DNA of 61,272 bases, the filler included. It is 7 parts of 7 records of this genome, joined end to end, with 100 filler letters (N's around TTAATTAATTAA, not from the genome) between each part and the next. Parts side by side here need not be neighbours in the genome. Positions count along the whole stretch, not along the records: positions 28,838 to 39,190 come from SRR2962707_3709; positions 39,291 to 46,360 come from SRR2962707_3710; 5 more parts are not named here. The stretch is one strand, 5' to 3'. The notes below the pieces were generated by a model. That model made no database searches, was not told the DNA's origin, and was given only the letters and a program-made list of their open reading frames with translations. Positions 32,918-43,910 of this stretch are shown here, one piece after another. The translations under genes were made by a program, and so were the position numbers. Numbering within the stretch: position 1 is the stretch's first letter; every line of letters starts with the position of its first letter.

Positions 32918-33736
32918 ATGTCTATTCGAAAAATTACTGCCGGGTTTTTGACCGGCGCGTTCCTGATCATGGCGTCGTTGCCGGCCCAGGCGGCAGACGA
33001 CCCTGTTGTTGCTGTCGTCAACGACGCAAAAATCCTTCGTTCCGATGTCTTGCAGGCACACGATAACCTGCCACCGGAATACAAGGCTGTTCCGCTGGAT
33101 CAAATCTATCCGATGCTGTTGACGAGTCTGATTGACTCCAAGCTGGTCGCCACCGACGCCCAGGCCAGAAATCTGGATGAGGATGCGGAATTCAAGAAAA
33201 CTCTCTCATTGGTCCGTGAGCAATTGCTTGAGCGGTTTGCAGTCCGCAAGGAGATCGAAGCCGCGGTTACTGATGAGAAATTGCGTAAGATGTATGAGGA
33301 CAGCATTGTTGAAGGGGCTCAGGAAGTCCACGCCCGTCATATTTTGCTGAAAACTTCTGACGAAGCGGTTGCGGTGATCAAGGAACTCGACAGCGGTGCG
33401 GATTTCGCAGAACTGGCTAAGGAAAAATCAACCGGGCCGTCAGGTCCGAGAGGCGGCGATCTTGGATTTTTCGGCAAAGGACAGATGGTGCCGCCTTTTG
33501 AGGAAGCCGCTTTTGCCATGGATGCCGGCAAGCATTCCCGCGAACCGGTCAAAACCCAATTCGGCTTTCACGTGATCAAAGTCGAGGAAAAAAGAGCAGC
33601 GGCACCGCCGAGCTTTGAAGAAAGCGTTGAGGAACTTCGCGCAGAGGCGGCACAGGCCGCTGGTGCGGCGTACGTCGAACGGCTGCGTGAAAAAGCGAAG
33701 ATTGACCGGTTTGCCCTCGACGGCAGCAAGCCCTGA
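32918..33736 (+). CDS. parvulin-type peptidylprolyl isomerase (PpiC/PrsA-like)
   Basis: Signal peptide, HARHIL, FAELAKEKS.GPS...GGDLG.F, KTQFGFHVI. Confidence 0.95.
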   Translation: MSIRKITAGFLTGAFLIMASLPAQAADDPVVAVVNDAKILRSDVLQAHDNLPPEYKAVPLDQIYPMLLTSLIDSKLVATDAQARNLDEDAEFKKTLSLVREQLLERFAVRKEIEAAVTDEKLRKMYEDSIVEGAQEVHARHILLKTSDEAVAVIKELDSGADFAELAKEKSTGPSGPRGGDLGFFGKGQMVPPFEEAAFAMDAGKHSREPVKTQFGFHVIKVEEKRAAAPPSFEESVEELRAEAAQAAGAAYVERLREKAKIDRFALDGSKP

Positions 33737-33752
33737 AAACGGAGCAATTGAT

Positions 33753-34982
33753 ATGATCGCGCGCTCGCCATTGGCGCCCGCAAGCTTCCCCGACCTGCCT
33801 GCTATTGACGGCGTTGAGATTGCGGCAGCGGAAACCGGATTGAAGTACAAGGGGCGGCCTGACCTTCTGGTGATGAAATTTACCGACGGGACACAGGTTG
33901 CCGGTGTCTTTACCCGCTCGTTATGCCCGTCGGCACCCGTCGACTGGTGCCGCCAGCACCTTGCGGGCGGTGAAGCTCGAGGCGTGGTCGTCAATGCCGG
34001 TAATGCCAACGCCTTCACCGGCAAGGCTGGCGCGGAAGCCTGCGAAGCTGTGGTTGCGGCGACGGCGGATACGCTGTCATGCCGTCCGAGCCGGGTGTTT
34101 GCGGCCTCCACCGGGGTTATTGGCGTGGTACTGCCGACGGATAAGCTGACGCCTCACATTCAGGCCATGGCCGAGGAAATGTCGCCTGACAGATGGGCGG
34201 ATGCTGCTCAGGCGATCATGACCACCGATACCTTCCCGAAGGGAGCGACCCGCCGTGTCGATATCGGCGGCACGACGGTGCGGATCAACGGGATCGCCAA
34301 GGGATCGGGTATGATCGCACCTGACATGGCGACCATGCTGTCATTCATCTGTACCGATGCTGCTATTTCCTCTGACGTGCTGCAAACCTGTCTGAGCGCC
34401 GCCACGGAGAAGAGTTTCAATTGCTCGACCGTCGACAGTGATACATCCACCAGTGATACGGTTCTGGCCTTTGCCACCGGTGCTGCAGGCAATACGCCGG
34501 TTGCGGATGCAGATGACCCGGCCTTGGCGCCGTTCAGGGTCGCTCTGGAAGACCTGTGTATCGATCTTGCCAAGCAGGTTGTCCGGGACGGCGAGGGCGC
34601 ATCCAAGTTCATCACTGTCAATGTCAGCGGTGCTGAATCGGATGCAGCAGCCAAGAAAATTGCACTTTCGATCGCCAATTCCCCGCTCGTCAAAACGGCG
34701 ATTGCCGGTGAAGATGCGAACTGGGGCCGGGTGGTCATGGCTGTCGGAAAGGCCGGAGAAAAAGCCGAGCGTGACAAACTAGCCATCAGCATGGGCGGGA
34801 TCGTCATTGCCAAGGAAGGTGCTGCGGTTGCTGATTATGACGAAGCCCCCGTTGCAGCACACATGAAGGGTCAGGAAGTCGATATCGATGTCGATTTGGC
34901 CATCGGGACAGGGTCAGCCACCGTCTGGACCTGCGATTTGACGCACGGGTATATCTCGATCAATGCCGACTACCGGTCCTGA
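33753..34982 (+). CDS. argJ: bifunctional ornithine acetyltransferase / N-acetylglutamate synthase
   Basis: NAGNANAFTG, STGVIG, IMTTDT, AKGSGMIAPDMATML, DTSTSD, DGEGA, INADYRS. Confidence 0.98.
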   Translation: MIARSPLAPASFPDLPAIDGVEIAAAETGLKYKGRPDLLVMKFTDGTQVAGVFTRSLCPSAPVDWCRQHLAGGEARGVVVNAGNANAFTGKAGAEACEAVVAATADTLSCRPSRVFAASTGVIGVVLPTDKLTPHIQAMAEEMSPDRWADAAQAIMTTDTFPKGATRRVDIGGTTVRINGIAKGSGMIAPDMATMLSFICTDAAISSDVLQTCLSAATEKSFNCSTVDSDTSTSDTVLAFATGAAGNTPVADADDPALAPFRVALEDLCIDLAKQVVRDGEGASKFITVNVSGAESDAAAKKIALSIANSPLVKTAIAGEDANWGRVVMAVGKAGEKAERDKLAISMGGIVIAKEGAAVADYDEAPVAAHMKGQEVDIDVDLAIGTGSATVWTCDLTHGYISINADYRS

Positions 34983-35424
34983 CGGCGGTTGCTGGGGTGC
35001 GCCCTTTGCAGGGCTGGGTGCCTCGCACAAGACTGTGCTAGTGGCAGCCGTTGCACTGATCGATGCCGATGGGCGGGTGCTGATTGCCAAGCGGCCGGAA
35101 GGCAAGTCCATGGCCGGTCTCTGGGAATTTCCGGGCGGCAAGGTGAATGACGGTGAATTACCGGAAACGGCCCTGGTCCGGGAACTCGACGAGGAACTCG
35201 GTATCGATATCACCGAGACTTGCCTGGCACCCTTTACCTTTGCCAGCCATGTCTATGAAGATTTTCACCTTCTGATGCCGCTCTATCTATGTCGGATATG
35301 GAAAGGTCAGCCGGAACCGATGGAAGGCCAGGAACTGAAATGGGTGCTGCCGGTCCGGCTCGGAGATTTCCCCATGCCGCCGGCCGACAAGCCGCTTGTG
35401 GCCCTGCTCAGGGATTATCTCTAG
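34963..35424 (+). CDS. mutT: 8-oxo-dGTP diphosphatase (Nudix)
   Basis: WEFPGGK...ETALVRELDEELGI Nudix box; follows argJ. Confidence 0.92.
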   Translation: MPTTGPDGGCWGAPFAGLGASHKTVLVAAVALIDADGRVLIAKRPEGKSMAGLWEFPGGKVNDGELPETALVRELDEELGIDITETCLAPFTFASHVYEDFHLLMPLYLCRIWKGQPEPMEGQELKWVLPVRLGDFPMPPADKPLVALLRDYL

Positions 35425-35427
35425 GGA

Positions 35428-35832
35428 TCAGTCCGGAACCGGCCCCAGGTCTTTCAAGCCTGTTGCAGACTTGCGCATATAGTCCACGGCATCATCGAAA
35501 AAAGCGTCCATCTGTGCCCGCATCTGCGGGGACAGGGCGAGAAGCTTTGATCTGGCATCCCGTGGATTTTCCTTTTCGATGATCATCCCGCGGGCAAGGG
35601 CTGTTTCAATAAATTTTGATGCCGTCAGGGGGCTTTTGACACCGGTGATGGCATTTGCGGCATCGGTTTTGCGCACGGGTTCAGGTGCTCGCCACAGGTG
35701 TGTGAAAAGATCCCAGTAGGCCGCATTGTAAAATGTCGTATCGCCGGCAAACAGATGCACCCACCCTGACCCGACCTGATCCGTGAAGTCCAGATATGCA
35801 CGTCGTTGAGCGTCGTTGTAGGTCAGGGGCAC
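35428..35832 (-). CDS. hypothetical MarR-like winged-helix protein
   Basis: TASKFIETALARGMIIEKENPRDARSKLLALS resembles a MarR wing. GGAG RBS before GTG 35832. Confidence 0.6.
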   Translation of the reverse strand: MPLTYNDAQRRAYLDFTDQVGSGWVHLFAGDTTFYNAAYWDLFTHLWRAPEPVRKTDAANAITGVKSPLTASKFIETALARGMIIEKENPRDARSKLLALSPQMRAQMDAFFDDAVDYMRKSATGLKDLGPVPD

Positions 35833-36066
35833 TGTGATCTCCGCATCCAAACTATGTTAATAAATACATTTAATTATATAGATTGTTTTGATTGGTATGT
35901 CCATCCCTCGCCGTGTCCACATAAGGTATTGAATAAATTAGATAATTGTTTGATACATTTATATACACTTATTTTTAATTCTATATTTGACTATAAAAAT
36001 GAATGCAATTATCCTCTTTTCATCGTCGCGGAGGACATGCCCGGCGAAGCAATAGGAGGAAGAACG

Positions 36067-36591
36067 ATGAAAACCGAACTGAATATGAATTCGACGAAAA
36101 GGATTTCGACGTGGCGCCGACCGATGGCCTTTGCCATGGCAGCGGTCTTCAGCATCGGTCTGTTGAGCGGCTGTGTGACAGACCAGGGCAACAAGCAGAC
36201 CATGGGTACCCTGCTGGGTGCCGGTCTTGGCGGTTTTGCCGGTTCGAAAATCGGCGGCGGCAAGGGGCAGCTGGCCGCTACAGCCGCCGGTGTTCTGCTG
36301 GGCGGTGTGCTCGGGAACTCGATGGGGCAGTCTCTGGACCGTGCCGACCAGGCCTATGCCATGAGGGCGCAGAATCAGGCACTTGAAGCCCCCATTGGTC
36401 AGACGATTTCCTGGTCCAACCCCGACAGCGGACATTCCGGTCAGGTGACCCCGACCCGTTCCGGACGCGATACCTCAACAGGCGCCTACTGCCGGGAATA
36501 TCAGACCGAAGTCATTGTCGGTGGTGAGTCCCAGGTCGGGTACGGCACCGCGTGCCGTATGCCGGACGGCGACTGGAAAATCACCAGCTAA
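36067..36591 (+). CDS. 17-kDa surface antigen family (RT0821/Lpp0805) glycine-zipper lipoprotein
   Basis: AGGAGG RBS, lipobox LLSGC, glycine zipper, W.NPDSG, CREY, GTACR.PDG.W. Confidence 0.92.
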   Translation: MKTELNMNSTKRISTWRRPMAFAMAAVFSIGLLSGCVTDQGNKQTMGTLLGAGLGGFAGSKIGGGKGQLAATAAGVLLGGVLGNSMGQSLDRADQAYAMRAQNQALEAPIGQTISWSNPDSGHSGQVTPTRSGRDTSTGAYCREYQTEVIVGGESQVGYGTACRMPDGDWKITS

Positions 36592-36749
36592 GTCCTGCAC
36601 AGCGTCGCGCTCGGGGGTAGTCCTCCGGCCCTGCGGCGCGCGATGCGAGACGGGCGGCTCCGGATCCCCTCTCCGGGCCGCCCGATCCGCATTTCAGGCT
36701 CTGAACAATAATCCTTTTCTTGCGCCGGGCCTGTTCCTACATTTTCTGC

Positions 36750-37541
36750 ATGTCAGAAAACACCCCCACACCATCAAAGCCCGTAACAGCCGGATTGGCC
36801 ATTATAGGGAATGAAATCCTCTCCGGGCGTACCCGTGACGCCAATCTCCAGTATCTCGGTGACGAGTTGAACAAGCTCGGCATCAGGATGATGGAGGTCC
36901 GGATTGTGTCGGACATCCCCGACGCCATTGTCGAAGCGGTGAATACGCTCCGTGCCCGATATGATTACGTCTTCACGACAGGCGGGATCGGCCCGACCCA
37001 TGACGATATTACGTCGGAATGCATTGCCAGGGCCTTCGATATTGAATTCGGGCCGAACCCGGAAGCGGTCAAGCTGCTCGAAGACCACTATCCCCCGGGT
37101 GAATTGACCGAGGCCCGGCTGCGGATGGCCAACACGCCTGTGGATGCGATCCTGATCGACAACCCGGTATCCAAGGCGCCGGGATTTCAGGTCGAAAACG
37201 TATTCGTTCTGCCGGGTGTGCCGCGCATCATGCAGGCCATGTTTGCCGGTATGCGTCACCGACTGACAGGCGGCAATCCGATGGTCAGCCGGACGGTGAC
37301 GTCGCATGTGCCCGAGGGCAAGGCAGGCGGTCCGCTGACGGAGCTGCAGGCCCGTCACCCGGAAACCGAGATCGGATCGTATCCGTTTTACCGCAACGAC
37401 CGCCCCGGTGCGAATATCGTGATCCGGGCCGAAGATCCGGAGAAGGCCGACGCCGCCGCCCTGGATGTGGTAGAAATGCTGAAAAGCCTGGGGGGTGAGC
37501 CCACACTGGAAAGCCCGGAACAGCAGGAGAGTTCGACATGA
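36750..37541 (+). CDS. CinA-like / molybdopterin-binding domain protein (COG1058)
   Basis: IIGNEILSGRTRDAN, TTGGIGPTHDDIT, LPGVP. Confidence 0.92.
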   Translation: MSENTPTPSKPVTAGLAIIGNEILSGRTRDANLQYLGDELNKLGIRMMEVRIVSDIPDAIVEAVNTLRARYDYVFTTGGIGPTHDDITSECIARAFDIEFGPNPEAVKLLEDHYPPGELTEARLRMANTPVDAILIDNPVSKAPGFQVENVFVLPGVPRIMQAMFAGMRHRLTGGNPMVSRTVTSHVPEGKAGGPLTELQARHPETEIGSYPFYRNDRPGANIVIRAEDPEKADAAALDVVEMLKSLGGEPTLESPEQQESST

Positions 37542-38059
37542 GCAGATTGTTACCCGGCCAGCCGGTACCGGATTTAAGCGTTTCTCTGGCCGGGGGCGGC
37601 ACCTGGACTTTGTCCGAACAGAAGCCTGAGACCTTTACCGTGGTCGAGGTTTACCGGGGCTATCACTGCCCGCGCTGCAAGCAGCAATTGCTGGATATTG
37701 ATCATAAGGTGGCCCGCTATGCCGAGCGTGGCTGCGGTGTGATCGCGATTTCCACCGATCCGGCCGACCGGGCGGAAAAGACGGTTTCAGAATGGGGCAT
37801 CGGTCAATTACCGATCGGTTATGGCCTCAGTCTTGATCAGGCGCGGGCCTGGGGCTTGTATATTTCTGAAGCAATCCGCGATACCGAACTGGGGCATTTC
37901 GCCGAGCCGGGGCTGTTCCTGATCCGGCCCGATATGACGCTCTATTCGAATGTCATTCACTCCACGCCCTTTCATCGCCATCACCATGCGGATGTTCTGG
38001 AAGCCGTCGACATGATCCGGGCCAGAAACTATCCGCCCCGGGGTACGGCTGCGGCATGA
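37538..38059 (+). CDS. peroxiredoxin-like AhpC/TSA family protein
   Basis: YRGYHCPRC, FAEPGLFLIRPD, NYPPRG; ATGA overlap. Confidence 0.88.
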   Translation: MSRLLPGQPVPDLSVSLAGGGTWTLSEQKPETFTVVEVYRGYHCPRCKQQLLDIDHKVARYAERGCGVIAISTDPADRAEKTVSEWGIGQLPIGYGLSLDQARAWGLYISEAIRDTELGHFAEPGLFLIRPDMTLYSNVIHSTPFHRHHHADVLEAVDMIRARNYPPRGTAAA

Positions 38060-38328
38060 ACGCGCAGATTCCGGAACTGAGCCGCTCCCAGCGTGCCTTT
38101 TTCGGATTTCTGCTGCGCCGGTTCGTGATGGGAACGGTGATTTCCCTGTCCGTGGCCGGTCTGTTTCTTCTGTTCGATCTGGGCGGCATCAAGTCGATGA
38201 TGTTCCGCGCCGAGGATACCTGGCTATGGGTGCTGATTTTCTGCTTTGATATCTGGGTGACCGTGACCGGCATTACCATTGCCGTCGGCATCTGGTATCT
38301 CGGTGACTGGCGCGATCCGCCGCGCTGA
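38056..38328 (+). CDS. small 2-TM membrane protein
   Basis: Two hydrophobic helices; ATGA overlap with the upstream gene. Confidence 0.7.
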   Translation: MNAQIPELSRSQRAFFGFLLRRFVMGTVISLSVAGLFLLFDLGGIKSMMFRAEDTWLWVLIFCFDIWVTVTGITIAVGIWYLGDWRDPPR

Positions 38329-38330
38329 AC

Positions 38331-39002
38331 TCAACGCTTCAGAATAAAATCGGAGATATTGACCCGGTCCTGCCAGCCGGCGCGAACCAGTTCCGGCTCA
38401 TCATGTTCTTCCACGGGGTAACCGATGCATAGGTACCCGATCAGCGTCCATCTGTCCGGCACCTCAAGCGTCCGGTTGACGTCCGCCGGGTCAAGAATCG
38501 AGACCCAGCCCAGCCCGATACCATGGGCGCGCGCCGCGAGCCAAAGCGTGGTGATCGCGCCAACCACCGAGTACGCCAGCATTTCCGGCATGGTCTTCCG
38601 GCCAAGACCGTGGCCAAGCTCACTTTCCCCGTCGCAATAGACCGCAAGATGGACCGGGGCTTCTTTAAGTCCGGCCAGTTTCAGCCCGGCATAAAGCTCG
38701 GCCTGTTCTCCGTCATACTCGTTCAGGGCGTCGGCGTTGGCCTTCTCGAAATTGGCAATGATGGCCGCCCGGCGTCCGGCGTCTTCGACAAGCACGAACC
38801 GCCACGGCTGGGCATTGCCGACGCTCGGCGACAGGGCGGCTTGACCAAGAAGATGGTCCAGCATGCCGTCGGGCAGGGGATCGGTTCGGAATCGCCGCAC
38901 ATCGCGCCGCCACACCAGCAGCGTCTCCAGCATCTCGCGGAACTGCCTGTCGAATTCCGGGCTTTGAGCGTTCTCCGCAGGGATTGGGCTATCTGCTTCC
39001 AT
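38331..39002 (-). CDS. bluB: 5,6-dimethylbenzimidazole synthase
   Basis: WRRDVRRF, PSVGNAQPWRF, LKLAGLKEAP, LGR.TMPEM..YS, GLGWVSI. Confidence 0.95.
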   Translation of the reverse strand: MEADSPIPAENAQSPEFDRQFREMLETLLVWRRDVRRFRTDPLPDGMLDHLLGQAALSPSVGNAQPWRFVLVEDAGRRAAIIANFEKANADALNEYDGEQAELYAGLKLAGLKEAPVHLAVYCDGESELGHGLGRKTMPEMLAYSVVGAITTLWLAARAHGIGLGWVSILDPADVNRTLEVPDRWTLIGYLCIGYPVEEHDEPELVRAGWQDRVNISDFILKR

Positions 39003-39147
39003 GAGCGGACATTGGCACGGTCCCGGTCATTGGCGCAAGCCGCGGCTGGCAGCGGGATGGGGTGATAATCCTCGATGAAGAACGGGTGGCCAAGAACGCA
39101 CGTCGCCACTTGCCGACACGGGCAACGGCGGGTACTTTCCCCCGCAT

Positions 39148-39190
39148 GCGGGCGTGGTGAAATTGGTAGACACAAGGGACTTAAAATCCC
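39148..39190 (+). tRNA. tRNA-Leu (TAA), 5' portion only (truncated by contig end)
   Basis: GCGGGCGTGGTGAAATTGGTAGACACAAGGGACTTAAAATCCC: D-arm plus anticodon arm with TAA. Confidence 0.9.
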
Positions 39191-39290
39191 NNNNNNNNNN
39201 NNNNNNNNNNNNNNNNNNNNNNNNNNNNNNNNNNTTAATTAATTAANNNNNNNNNNNNNNNNNNNNNNNNNNNNNNNNNNNNNNNNNNNN
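39191..39290. other. artificial contig linker
   Basis: N44-TTAATTAATTAA-N44. Confidence 0.99.
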
Positions 39291-39447
39291 GATCGAGCAC
39301 AAGATGGACATGATCATGAGTCTGGCGGACAAGATCATGGTGCTGGACCACGGCGAGAAGATCGCCGAGGGAACCCCGGAACAAATCAAGAACGATCCGG
39401 TGGTCATCGAGGCTTACCTGGGGAGTGAACAAGATGTTGAAGCTTGA
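39291..39447 (+). CDS. branched-chain-type ABC ATP-binding protein LivG-like, 3' end
   Basis: [29 protein letters not shown]...VIEAYLG. Confidence 0.9.
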
Positions 39448-40141
39448 AAACGTCGACGCCAAGTACGATAGCTTCAAGGCCCTGGATAACGTGTCCATGA
39501 CCGTGGGGCAGGGCGAGCTGGTGGTGCTGCTGGGGGCCAACGGCGCCGGCAAGACCACCTTGTTCAACACCATTAGCGGTCTGCTGAAGCCCTCCGCCGG
39601 CAGCATCACCCTGAATGGTGAGGACGTGACCGGACGGCGGCCGTCCGCGCTGGTGCAGGCCGGCGTGGTGCAGTGTCCGGAAGGCCGCAAGCTGTTCCCG
39701 GAAATGTCGGTGATGAAGAACCTGGTGTTGGGCGCTTACGTGCATCGCCGCGACAAGGCCGGCATCAAGAAGACCCTGGACCACGTGCTGGAAATGTTTC
39801 CGATCCTGGAAGAGAAGAAAAACCAGGCGGCGGGATCGCTCAGTGGCGGCCAGCAGCAGATGGTGGCGATCGGCCGTGCTCTGATGGGGCGCCCGAAGCT
39901 GCTGATGCTGGACGAGCCGTCCCTGGGGCTGGCACCGCTGGTGGTCAAGCAGATGTTCGAGACCATCCAGACCATCAACCGCGCGGGCACCACGGTGTTG
40001 TTGGCGGAACAGAACGCCTTTGCCGCGTTGAAGATCGCCACCCGCGCCTACGTGATCGAGAACGGTCGCCTGGTAATGGAAGGGGACCGCGACGCCATGC
40101 TCGGTAACGAGGCGGTGCGTAAAGCCTATATCGGTGCCTGA
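39434..40141 (+). CDS. branched-chain-type ABC ATP-binding protein LivF-like
   Basis: [37 protein letters not shown]. Confidence 0.95.
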   Translation: MLKLENVDAKYDSFKALDNVSMTVGQGELVVLLGANGAGKTTLFNTISGLLKPSAGSITLNGEDVTGRRPSALVQAGVVQCPEGRKLFPEMSVMKNLVLGAYVHRRDKAGIKKTLDHVLEMFPILEEKKNQAAGSLSGGQQQMVAIGRALMGRPKLLMLDEPSLGLAPLVVKQMFETIQTINRAGTTVLLAEQNAFAALKIATRAYVIENGRLVMEGDRDAMLGNEAVRKAYIGA

Positions 40142-40258
40142 TCACAATCCGATTAGCGGCCTCTGGCGGCCTCTGCTCGGTGCTTTATGATCGTTAACGT
40201 GCGTTAGCGTAATGTGCTACGTCTATAACTGATCCCTACAATAAATGGGAGTGAAGTA

Positions 40259-41422
40259 ATGAAACTGAAGAAAACGTTTGTTCGCCTGGCCACCGCCAGT
40301 GCTCTGGTTATGGGTATGGGGGCCGCCAACGCCGCCGAAGTCAACATCGGCTTTACCGGTCCGCTCAGCGGCGGCGCGGCGCTGTATGGTGAGAATACGC
40401 TGGAAGGCCTGCGCATGGCGGCCGAGGAAATCAACGCCGCTGGTGGCGTGAAAGTCGGCGGCGAAAGCTACGAAATCAACATCGTTTCCCTGGACGACAA
40501 GTATTCCCCGAGCCAGGCGGCGGTGAACGGCAAGCGCCTGGTACAGCAATACAAAACCCCGGCGGTATTTACTCCGCATTCCGGCGGCACCTTTGCTCTG
40601 CAGGCCTTCAATCAGCGTGATGGCTTCATCGTCATGTCCTACACCTCGATCCCGTCCGTGACCGAGAAGGGCAACAAACTGACCGTGAAGATTCCGCCGT
40701 CCTTCACCGACTACATCGAGCCGTTCTCCAAAATGGCCATGGAAACGTCTGGCAAGAAAGTGGCGGTGGCCAACGCCACCCACGACTACGCCAAGTACTG
40801 GACCAAGGCGTTCGTGCCGAAGTGGGAAGCCATGGGCGGTGAAGTGGTCGCTGACAACCCGATGGACTACAACAAGTCCGCGGACTTCTACACTGGTGTA
40901 AGCAAGGTGCTGGCGGCCAAGCCGGACGTGCTGTTCATCGGTGGCGCCTCCGAACCCACCGGTCTGGTGGTGCGTCAGGCCCGTGAGCTGGGCTTCAAGG
41001 GCAGCTTCATCCTGATGGACCAGGCCAAGATCGATGAAGTGGCGAAAGTGGCCGGTGGTTTGCAGGCGGTGGAAGGTTCCGTGGGCGTCACGCCGCTGGG
41101 CAGTTCCGAAATCGAAGGAGCGCGCAAGTTCGTCGAGAAGTACCAGCAGAACCACAAAAACGTGGCCACCTCCGAAACCGCATACAACTACTTCGCCATG
41201 CATATGCTGGCGCAAGCCATGCAGGAAGCGGGTTCCGTGGATGACCCGGCCAAGATCCGCGCCGCCATGCCGGCCGCGTTGAAAAAGATCCCGGCCGAGT
41301 ACAACCCTTACGACGTGAACGGCATTTCCGAAAACGGCGCTCTGGAGACCGATGTGCAACTGGCCCAGGTCATCGATGGCAAGGTGGTGCTGCGTCGCCT
41401 GTCTGATGTGCTGAGTCAGTAA
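40259..41422 (+). CDS. ABC substrate-binding protein (Leu-binding / PBP type 1 family)
   Basis: Signal peptide, IGFTGPLSGGAALYG, LDDKYSP. Confidence 0.92.
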   Translation: MKLKKTFVRLATASALVMGMGAANAAEVNIGFTGPLSGGAALYGENTLEGLRMAAEEINAAGGVKVGGESYEINIVSLDDKYSPSQAAVNGKRLVQQYKTPAVFTPHSGGTFALQAFNQRDGFIVMSYTSIPSVTEKGNKLTVKIPPSFTDYIEPFSKMAMETSGKKVAVANATHDYAKYWTKAFVPKWEAMGGEVVADNPMDYNKSADFYTGVSKVLAAKPDVLFIGGASEPTGLVVRQARELGFKGSFILMDQAKIDEVAKVAGGLQAVEGSVGVTPLGSSEIEGARKFVEKYQQNHKNVATSETAYNYFAMHMLAQAMQEAGSVDDPAKIRAAMPAALKKIPAEYNPYDVNGISENGALETDVQLAQVIDGKVVLRRLSDVLSQ

Positions 41423-41443
41423 TTTTTCCTAGGTCGTTTCTTC

Positions 41444-41466
41444 AAGGGCACCCGACGGGTGCCCTT
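41444..41466 (+). terminator. putative terminator hairpin
   Basis: AAGGGCACCC-GAC-GGGTGCCCTT. Confidence 0.65.
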
Positions 41467-41747
41467 GTCGTTTCCGGCCTATACCCATGGCGTGGTTGGC
41501 TCTGTGCCATGGCATGGGTTGGGGGTATGGTATTCAAACCGAATGGTATCGACTGGGACCGGTGACTCGGAATCATCCGCTTCCAAGCCTTGGTCCGATA
41601 AATGAAATGATATTCCGAAATAATTGATAATGGGCCGGGTTTTCTTATACTGGGACCCCCCCGGGATCTATCCCGCGCCCGTATTTCCATGGTTTCCGTG
41701 ATGCTCGTCGTTAAACACGGAGGCCAACCTTTAGGTAAGGAGGAACC

Positions 41748-43832
<2,085 letters not shown>

Positions 43833-43846
43833 AGCAGACAATGAAA

Positions 43847-43876
43847 ATCGCGGCCCCTGGAACGCGGGGCCGCGAT
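43847..43876. other. intergenic stem-loop
   Basis: ATCGCGGCCCC...GGGGCCGCGAT between the pimF-like and pimC-like genes. Confidence 0.6.
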
Positions 43877-43910
43877 GTCAGTGTCGTTGCGAGAACAACG
43901 AGAGGACGTT

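Noticed and set aside
35857-35873. Possible CtrA box in the AT-rich spacer
   Set aside because: The TTAA half-sites are 9 nt apart, not 7.
39003-39147. Cobalamin riboswitch upstream of bluB
   Set aside because: Region is short, holds the divergent tRNA promoter, and shows no B12-box.
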